The notes beneath the pieces were generated by a model. That model saw only the letters and a program-made list of their open reading frames with translations, did no database searches and was not told the origin of the DNA. From IMG/VR virus record IMGVR_UViG_3300012850_000001: DNA of 55,962 nucleotides. The stretch is one strand, 5' to 3'. A program made the translations under genes and the position numbers. Below are positions 49,725 to 55,962 of this stretch, one piece after another. The first letter of the stretch is position 1. Every line of letters starts with the position of its first letter. The stretch is from a virus.

Positions 49725-52700
49725 CGTACGAGCTGAACACGGTCGGGCTCGACGTCGAGGACACCGTCGTCACGTCGTTGCACCCGTCGGAGAACTTCGC
49801 TGACGCGAACCCGTTCGACATCCAGACCTCGTCGGGGACTGTCGTCGCCGCGGCGCTCCTGAGGTTCACGAACACACCCCCACCACTGGGCACCACATCG
49901 TGGCAGCACACCATCGACGTATCCGTCAGGACCGTCACTGCCGGTTCGGTGACCCTCGGCTTCTGGGTGCTCCCCGACGGCTGCCATGACACGGACACGT
50001 GGGACACCCAGAACGAAGCGGTGGCCGCAGCGTTCGCCGCCACCCCGGCGGGGACCGTGGTCGTCGACTCGGTGAACTGGGCGTCACGATCCGTACCCCT
50101 GGCCCTCGAGGAAGGGCAGATCACCGGCGACGACCTCGGGATCATGGTCGCCCCCATCGACGGGGTCGCACAGCTGCACTCCTCCGAGAACGAGATCGTC
50201 CCGCAGATCCGGGCGACGTTCACCATGGACGCCGTCGTCGTCCACAACATCGACGCGTCAACCATGGACCTAGGGCCTATCGCGTCGATCGACGCCGGCG
50301 ACATCACCTTGAACGCTGTCGCGGGCCCGACGTCCTACCCGCACGTCGTCGACTCCGCTGGTCGGCGGGTGCTGCGGTGCGACGGGGCGATGGCGTTCAT
50401 GGTCGACACAGGCGGCCCGGCGACGTGGCCGTCACCGATGATCACGTTCGCGCTCGTCGCGGACTTCCACGACGCCTACCAGGTGTGGGTGCGGTCCGGA
50501 ACCGTTGAGGTCAACCCGACGTCGGAGACCCCGTTCGTGGTGATGGGTGTCCCCCTCGTAGCCGACATCCCGACGGGCTTGCACTCGTGGGTCATGACGT
50601 CCGACGCGTCGGGGTCACGGCTGATCTGCGACGGGGTGACCGTCGCGGCAGGCGAACCAGGTGAGGGGCCTGTCTCCGGGTTCACGTTCCTGTACTCGGA
50701 CAGCAGCGCTGACATCGCCATCGCGCGCGGGTGGCAGGTTGCGTTCAGTGAAGCCGACGCACAGGCACTGTCCCTCGAGCTCCTCGTCGGCACTGGCGTC
50801 CAGTTGCAGGCCGAGGGCACGTGGAACATCACCGGGTCCGCGACCATCTCGACGGGCCTGTGGGAGCCGCCGGCGATCCCACCTGCCACCCGTGGCGGGT
50901 CCGCGACCCCACCGCCACCCCCGGAGCCGCAGGACCCTCCGCCAGGTGTGCCGGCGACGGTGATCACCCGCCACTCCGAGGTGATGCCCGCCCCTGTCCT
51001 GGACGACAAGGGGTTCCCGGTCGACTGGCATCCGTCCAGCGTCGTCCACGCCCCGTACGGGGTCCTGCAGATCGTCGTCGAAGGGGTCGATGTCACGTAC
51101 TGGGCGGACGCCCCGACTCCGTTCCCGACGTGGTCGCGTGTGGAGCCGTTCGGTTCGGAGCAGGCCACGTTGACGTTCCCCCAGATCACAGCGCACATGG
51201 ACCTGCCGGACTGGTGCATGCCCGGTGCCGCAGTCGACATCCGGTTCAAGCGCACCAACGGGGACCTGGTCCACTGCTTCGCCGGTGCCGTCGACACGTT
51301 CAACCACCGTGAGGACGACGGGGTGTTCACCGTGGAGGCGCGTGGGGTCGTGTTCGTCGACGACCTGCAGTTGCGGCCGCCAGCGTTCCTGACCGCGCCA
51401 CGGGACATCGGTGACGTCGTCGCCGACGTCCTGAACACGTCGGTGTCTCGCCGGCACCACAAGATCGACCCCGTCGTGACCGGGTGCGAGACGTCCGTGC
51501 TGGGCGGTTGGGAACCTCGAGTGACCGGGTACGTGCAGCAGCTCCTGGCCACTGCGGTGAAGAAGGGCAGGCAGTGGACGGTGAAGTGCGAGGTCCGGTC
51601 CCCGGTCATCGAGCTGAAGGACACGGACACCATCCACTGGTCGGTGACGAACGGTCAGCGTGGCATCGCGGTTGACCTGACTCAGGACTGGTCGCAGGCC
51701 CCGAACGCGATCTACGGGGAGGGCATTTCCCCGACGGGTGGTCGTTGGCGTAACGCGATGTACCCGAACTGGCGGCCAGACAACACGCCCGCCTACCCGA
51801 ACTCCTCCCCCACGGCGACGCTGACGGTCGGGTCGACCGACAGCGGAACCACGTCAGGGCGTGGCGTGTCCGACTGGCAGCGGCGGGTGGGCCAGCCCGT
51901 CACTGGCACCTTCTCGCAGGATGACCGGGCGCGCGCGTTCGAGGTACAGCGCGCCGCCGGCATCCAGCAGGACGGCATCGTCGGCCCCCAGACGTGGGCC
52001 GCTTCCTTCGGGACCGGGTCGAACACCGGCACCCTGGACTGCTTCTTCCTGCCGATCGCGTACGCACCAGAGGTCATGCCCCGCACGTACGGGCCCGACG
52101 GTGACGACCTGGGAGTGAACCCGGACTACGACGAGGACATCCTGCGCGTCGACGACAAGATCGACTTCGGTCAAGGAGTCACCAAGAAGCAGGGCAAGGC
52201 TGCAGCACGCGAGACGCTGGCACGTGAGATCAACCCCGGCTGGTCCGGGACGATCACGTTGACCGCAGACCCCGAGGAGATGTCCCGGTTCGACGTTCGG
52301 GAGGGGCAGAACGTCAGGATCCGCCGGTTCCGCGGCAAGACCGTCGTCGCCCACGTCGCCGGGGTCGAGTTCGCTGAGGACAGCGTCCGGGTCACCGTCG
52401 ACACGAACGCACGCGACTACCCGACCCTGGATGCGATCAAGGACCGGGAACGCAACGCCACCGACCCGGCGAAGGCCCTCATCAAGCGTCTGAACAAGGG
52501 ATCCGTCACGGACGCGAGGGCGACGTTCGACGCCGAGTCGCCGGCCGGTGAGGTGCCCAAGCATGCCCTGTTCCCGAACCTGTGGACCGTCATCCGGGTG
52601 CCGTTCGGGTCGTACGGTCAGATCTCCCGCACGACGTTGACGACGACAGGCTCGGCGTCGGCGTTCGCAGTGGCGGTGTTCGCTGAACCCATCACCGCCG

Positions 52701-53008
52701 GTGAGCTCCTGGCACTCGTGGGGAACCCGCTGACCGCCGAAGACAACCCGTGGTCCGACAAGGCGGACGAACTCGCGGACCGCAGCATGATGATGGCGTG
52801 GGGTTGGCGTGCCCAGCCGTGCGGCTACTACCCGAAGGAGTACTCGAACCCTGAGACCTCCGAGGACGCGGCGCCCGTGACCGGCAGGTTCGTCGATGAC
52901 GCATCGTGGGACTACGCGTCCGCGCAGCCGCCGTGGGTGTGGGTCGCTGAGATCGCGTCCGCCGGCTGCTACATCGAGGGCCGGTTCCTTCCCGGGGTCG
53001 ACTCGTGA
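49721..53008 (+). CDS. Large minor tail protein with a peptidoglycan-binding domain.
   Basis: GVSDWQRRVGQPVTGTFSQDDRARAFEVQRAAGIQQDGIVGPQTW (PG_binding_1-like). Confidence 0.75.
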   Translation: MTYELNTVGLDVEDTVVTSLHPSENFADANPFDIQTSSGTVVAAALLRFTNTPPPLGTTSWQHTIDVSVRTVTAGSVTLGFWVLPDGCHDTDTWDTQNEAVAAAFAATPAGTVVVDSVNWASRSVPLALEEGQITGDDLGIMVAPIDGVAQLHSSENEIVPQIRATFTMDAVVVHNIDASTMDLGPIASIDAGDITLNAVAGPTSYPHVVDSAGRRVLRCDGAMAFMVDTGGPATWPSPMITFALVADFHDAYQVWVRSGTVEVNPTSETPFVVMGVPLVADIPTGLHSWVMTSDASGSRLICDGVTVAAGEPGEGPVSGFTFLYSDSSADIAIARGWQVAFSEADAQALSLELLVGTGVQLQAEGTWNITGSATISTGLWEPPAIPPATRGGSATPPPPPEPQDPPPGVPATVITRHSEVMPAPVLDDKGFPVDWHPSSVVHAPYGVLQIVVEGVDVTYWADAPTPFPTWSRVEPFGSEQATLTFPQITAHMDLPDWCMPGAAVDIRFKRTNGDLVHCFAGAVDTFNHREDDGVFTVEARGVVFVDDLQLRPPAFLTAPRDIGDVVADVLNTSVSRRHHKIDPVVTGCETSVLGGWEPRVTGYVQQLLATAVKKGRQWTVKCEVRSPVIELKDTDTIHWSVTNGQRGIAVDLTQDWSQAPNAIYGEGISPTGGRWRNAMYPNWRPDNTPAYPNSSPTATLTVGSTDSGTTSGRGVSDWQRRVGQPVTGTFSQDDRARAFEVQRAAGIQQDGIVGPQTWAASFGTGSNTGTLDCFFLPIAYAPEVMPRTYGPDGDDLGVNPDYDEDILRVDDKIDFGQGVTKKQGKAAARETLAREINPGWSGTITLTADPEEMSRFDVREGQNVRIRRFRGKTVVAHVAGVEFAEDSVRVTVDTNARDYPTLDAIKDRERNATDPAKALIKRLNKGSVTDARATFDAESPAGEVPKHALFPNLWTVIRVPFGSYGQISRTTLTTTGSASAFAVAVFAEPITAGELLALVGNPLTAEDNPWSDKADELADRSMMMAWGWRAQPCGYYPKEYSNPETSEDAAPVTGRFVDDASWDYASAQPPWVWVAEIASAGCYIEGRFLPGVDS

Positions 53009-53958
53009 CGTACCCCGGTGACTGGTTCCTGCCAGACCCGCAACCCGTGTTGAGTGTCGGCTCCCTGCAGAGCGCTGAGTCCCTCGTCATCCCTGAACCA
53101 GGGGAAGGCCTGCCGTCACCGTGGCAGGACTGGACGACGTTGGACCTGATCCCGAACGGGGAACTGTTCGCCAAGGACTACGGCGACGTCGACCACAACT
53201 GGTACACCGCCGTCCTGGCCGCGCAGTCGTCCCTGTACGTCCAGGGTTCGGCGGCGCACACGGACTACCCGTGGCAGCTGGGCGCCATCGTCAACCAGTT
53301 CAACTGGAAGCCTCTCAGTGCGGACGAGTACGCGTACCCCACGCCTGCCTCCATGCCGGAGGGGGCGATCGGGTGGGAGTTGGAGCCCGGCACGAGTTCC
53401 CTGTTCGAGGGACGGTTGCGTATCCGCGGCGCCATCAGGTTCACGCAGGGAACTGCCGGCCTGGCAGGTCACCCCGTGAAGTTGCGGGCCGCCCGCCCAC
53501 CGTTCATCCCCGGACCAGACCCGCAACCTGATGATCGGATCTCCTACGAGATGCGCGCGGTCAACGTCGGGTTCACCGGCCTTGCAGGCTACGAACCGAC
53601 GGACACGAACCTCTGGGACGAGATCGCTTCGGTGACGATCGGGGCAACGAACCCCACCCCGTTCGACGCCGACATGGGGTACTGCCCCGGGACCTTCATC
53701 GCCGCGTTCTTCGAGCCCGCCCTGACTGGTGCGGCTCCTGATGAGTGGCATGACCCGATCGCTCAGGTGCGGTTCGAAGAGATCACTCGAGTGGTGTCAC
53801 CGATCCGACGCATGCGGTGGATCTTCGGCGACCAGGGTGCGTGGCGGCTGCGGCAACGGCAGACGCTGACCGGGTCGGACTCGTGGCCCCTTCGGCAGAG
53901 GCAGAACGGCCTCCACTCGGGCACTTGGACGCCAAGGCAACTGCAACGCGGGGTGTGA
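53005..53958 (+). CDS. Minor tail protein.
   Basis: GTGA-coupled. Position. Confidence 0.6.
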   Translation: MTYPGDWFLPDPQPVLSVGSLQSAESLVIPEPGEGLPSPWQDWTTLDLIPNGELFAKDYGDVDHNWYTAVLAAQSSLYVQGSAAHTDYPWQLGAIVNQFNWKPLSADEYAYPTPASMPEGAIGWELEPGTSSLFEGRLRIRGAIRFTQGTAGLAGHPVKLRAARPPFIPGPDPQPDDRISYEMRAVNVGFTGLAGYEPTDTNLWDEIASVTIGATNPTPFDADMGYCPGTFIAAFFEPALTGAAPDEWHDPIAQVRFEEITRVVSPIRRMRWIFGDQGAWRLRQRQTLTGSDSWPLRQRQNGLHSGTWTPRQLQRGV

Positions 53959-53985
53959 CACACCCCTGCCCACCATGCGGGCATG
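53956..53985 (+). promoter_or_regulatory. Junction motif copy: TGACACACCC...ACCATG-CGGGC-ATG.
   Basis: Start codon at +27. At the head of the lysis cassette. Confidence 0.5.
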
Positions 53986-54114
53986 AGCACACCCGACCCC
54001 ACCACCGCGACAGACGAAGAGTCCGTCGAGTCGGCCGCCGCCGAGACCCTCGGCGAAGAGGTCGGCATCCCCGTCCCTGACGGTTCCGACGAGCGCCCGG
54101 ACGGTGAGGTCTGA
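53983..54114 (+). CDS. Small acidic protein (43 aa), below the track cutoff.
   Basis: ATG at +27 of the junction motif. TGATG-coupled to the lysin gene. Confidence 0.45.
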   Translation: MSTPDPTTATDEESVESAAAETLGEEVGIPVPDGSDERPDGEV

Positions 54115-54713
54115 TGGCCCGCACCCCCGCGGCAGCGATCGCCGCGTCCAAGGCCATCACCGTCGGTTACGGCGGGATGTGCCTCGCGTTCGTCCGCACC
54201 GTCTTCGGTGTCGCACCCAAGTACCCGTCCGCGATCGCGGCGTGGAACGCGGCGAAGTACAAGCACCGCACCACGAACCCGAAGGCGCTGCCGGCTGGTG
54301 TTCCCGGGTTCATGACGCACCCGAAGTCCACCTACCAGCACGTGTTCCTGTCCCTCGGCAACGGGACGATGCGAACCACGAACAGCATCACGAACCGCAT
54401 CCAGACCGTGTCGATCCAGTCGTGGCTGAACAACGGCTGGACTCTGCTCGGGTGGACCGAGGACCTCAACGGTGTCCGCGTCTACACCCCGCCCGCTGAC
54501 GACGGGGTGCCGGGCTGGTGGCACGTGAACACAGCCAAGGGTGAGAACCTCCACGGCCGTGTCACACCCGGCCTCAAGGGCAAGATCGGCGTCAAGCGGC
54601 AGCGCGGATTCAACATCTACGCGACGGACCGCAAGAAGGTCGACGGCCTGTGGTGGGTCAAGGCCAAGACGTACTGGTACGCGGAGAAGTACCTCAAGCG
54701 CGGGCGGGCATGA
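54114..54713 (+). CDS. Putative endolysin: Cys-peptidase/amidase-like domain plus a C-terminal wall-binding region.
   Basis: GYGGMCLAFVR...YQHVFLSLGNG, and a basic, Trp-rich C-terminus. Lies upstream of holin-like genes. Confidence 0.5.
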   Translation: MARTPAAAIAASKAITVGYGGMCLAFVRTVFGVAPKYPSAIAAWNAAKYKHRTTNPKALPAGVPGFMTHPKSTYQHVFLSLGNGTMRTTNSITNRIQTVSIQSWLNNGWTLLGWTEDLNGVRVYTPPADDGVPGWWHVNTAKGENLHGRVTPGLKGKIGVKRQRGFNIYATDRKKVDGLWWVKAKTYWYAEKYLKRGRA

Positions 54714-55159
54714 GCGCCGTGCCCGACTCCACCCTCCCCCTGTGGGCACGTACGACCGGGCGCTTCCTCCGCTGCCTGCTCTACGGGTTCACCGCCGTTG
54801 TTGGGGTAGGTGACGTCTGGTTCACATCGTCGGTCATCACGGACTCGCAGAGCGTCGACCAGTCGGTGATTGGTGGCGCGGTCTGCATGGTCGCCGGCCT
54901 CATCGGGATGGCGGCTGTCGTTACCCGCAGGTGGCGTTGGGAGTGGGTCGCAGCATCCGTGGCTGCGTTCACTCTCCTGGGTCGCGCAGTCCCGGTGTGG
55001 TTCGCGCTCGAGAGCAACATGCTTCGTTTGTCGGCTGCCGCAGGCATGACGATCGCAGCGATCGGTGTCGGCCTGCGAGCCATGGACCTGTGGGTGTTCG
55101 CGTCGACGACCGGTTACTGGGCCCGCCGTGCACAGGCGAAGCGGAAGGCCGCTTCGTGA
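54710..55159 (+). CDS. Holin-like membrane protein (four predicted TM helices).
   Basis: Four hydrophobic segments and a basic tail, RRAQAKRKAAS. Confidence 0.55.
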   Translation: MSAVPDSTLPLWARTTGRFLRCLLYGFTAVVGVGDVWFTSSVITDSQSVDQSVIGGAVCMVAGLIGMAAVVTRRWRWEWVAASVAAFTLLGRAVPVWFALESNMLRLSAAAGMTIAAIGVGLRAMDLWVFASTTGYWARRAQAKRKAAS

Positions 55160-55521
55160 CGGCTGAGCAGATCATCGGATACGTCATCGGGTCTGGTGGG
55201 CTGCTGGCAGGGCTCGCCGCACTCGTCGGCGCCCGCGTCAACGCACGGTCGCGTGTCAGCGCGAATGAGCTCGATGCGCGCCGCGCCGAGGCTGAGGCTC
55301 GCCGCGACACCATCGCGGACCGTGACGAGCTGATCGACCAGCTGCAGCAGGACCGCGACGAGTTGAAGCACGACGTCGCTGAACTCAGGACCCGTGTCGC
55401 TGCCCTCGAGCAGGCCCTCGAAGCCGAGCGCGCGCACTCCCGGTCCCTCGAGGACCAGATCTACCGCCAAGAGGGCCCCCCGCCCCGGACGCGACCCAAC
55501 CAGCACGGAGGTGCATCGTGA
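55156..55521 (+). CDS. Lysis-cassette membrane-anchored coiled-coil protein.
   Basis: N-terminal TM IIGYVIGSGGLLAGLAALVGA followed by a coiled coil. Confidence 0.5.
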   Translation: MTAEQIIGYVIGSGGLLAGLAALVGARVNARSRVSANELDARRAEAEARRDTIADRDELIDQLQQDRDELKHDVAELRTRVAALEQALEAERAHSRSLEDQIYRQEGPPPRTRPNQHGGAS

Positions 55522-55739
55522 ACCCTCTGACAGACATCGTTCCCAGCCACTACCGGCGACGGGCCTACAAGATCTTCGGGGCCGGCAGCCTCGTCCTCGG
55601 CGCCACCCAGCTCGGCTACGCGACCGCGGACGCCGGCCAGCCGACCTGGCTGACTGTGGCTCTGGCGGTGTGGGTGTTCCTCGGATCCGGTCTCGGTCTG
55701 ACCGCGGCAGCGAACACGACGCCGGGAGATGACGAGTGA
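55518..55739 (+). CDS. Small two-TM membrane protein (holin-like).
   Basis: Two hydrophobic helices and an acidic tail. Confidence 0.5.
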   Translation: MNPLTDIVPSHYRRRAYKIFGAGSLVLGATQLGYATADAGQPTWLTVALAVWVFLGSGLGLTAAANTTPGDDE

Positions 55740-55962
55740 GCCTTGCAGCAGCGATCGCAGCAGACCGGACGCGTGGCGGTGCGGCGTGCAGCACGGCACT
55801 TGTGCGTGACGTCCTGTCCGCGTCTGACCGGGTCGACCTCGACGTGGCCCTCTCGGACGCTTCAGTGACCACAGCGACGATCGCACGGGCCCTCGGCTCA
55901 CTCGGGCACAGGATCAGCGCCGGAGCGTTGCAGCGGCACCGGCGAGGGGACTGCACCTGTGA
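55736..55962 (+). CDS. Small HTH-like protein, truncated by the window edge. It ends at 133 after circularisation (78 aa).
   Basis: GTGA-coupled GTG. VTTATIARALGSLGHRISAGALQRH. No stop lies inside the window end. Confidence 0.55.
   Translation, partial: MSLAAAIAADRTRGGAACSTALVRDVLSASDRVDLDVALSDASVTTATIARALGSLGHRISAGALQRHRRGDCTC
55840..55962. repeat. Terminal direct repeat copy 2, identical to 1-123.
   Basis: Same comparison as copy 1. Confidence 0.95.

Noticed and set aside
1-55962. Prophage boundaries (attL and attR) and host flanking genes within the window.
   Set aside because: The tRNA-derived core occurs once, next to the integrase. The ends of the window are an identical overlap and every region is phage-like, so no integrated junctions are present.

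Overview
The window is a complete temperate siphovirus-type phage genome, or an excised prophage, of about 55.84 kb from a high-GC Actinobacterium. WhiB-like genes, a LAxTG sorting signal and a high-GC third codon position support that host range. The first 123 nt are identical to the last 123 nt, so the genome is circular or terminally redundant, attP is intact, and no host flanks are present. Nearly all genes are on the + strand and are coupled by ATGA/GTGA/TGATG overlaps.

Gene order:
- Mre11/SbcD-like phosphoesterase.
- Leftward lysogeny operon (XRE repressor, ImmA-like peptidase, DUF2510 membrane protein, tyrosine integrase). It lies beside an attP that carries the 3' 45 nt of a tRNA-Arg(CCT)-like gene.
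- Cro-like and Xis-like genes.
- RecE/RecT-type recombination genes and two HNH endonucleases.
- A sortase-anchored Pro/Thr/Ser-rich surface protein.
- C5 methyltransferase, two WhiB-like proteins, a ParB-like protein and an SNF2 helicase fused to an N6/N4 methyltransferase.
- SSB and DnaB.
- An accessory island with an aberrant tRNA-like gene, three glycosyltransferases and an RHH protein.
- Packaging, head, fibre, tail and lysis genes.

The signals least explained by ordinary annotation are:
1. A stop-codon-associated junction motif, TGACACCCCC, with a fixed 27-nt distance to SD-less start codons.
2. Nine SD-less genes with a -10-like hexamer exactly 6 nt before the ATG.
3. Two copies of a stem-loop with a covarying stem and a conserved loop (CCTCAACCGCCAAG), each followed by a hairpin that sequesters the SD.
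4. A 147-nt structured non-coding element just upstream of a DUF4406 plus dNMP-kinase cassette inserted in the head module.
5. An Arg-type tRNA body with a non-canonical anticodon arm, plus a partial duplicate downstream.

All functional calls come from motif reading without database searches.
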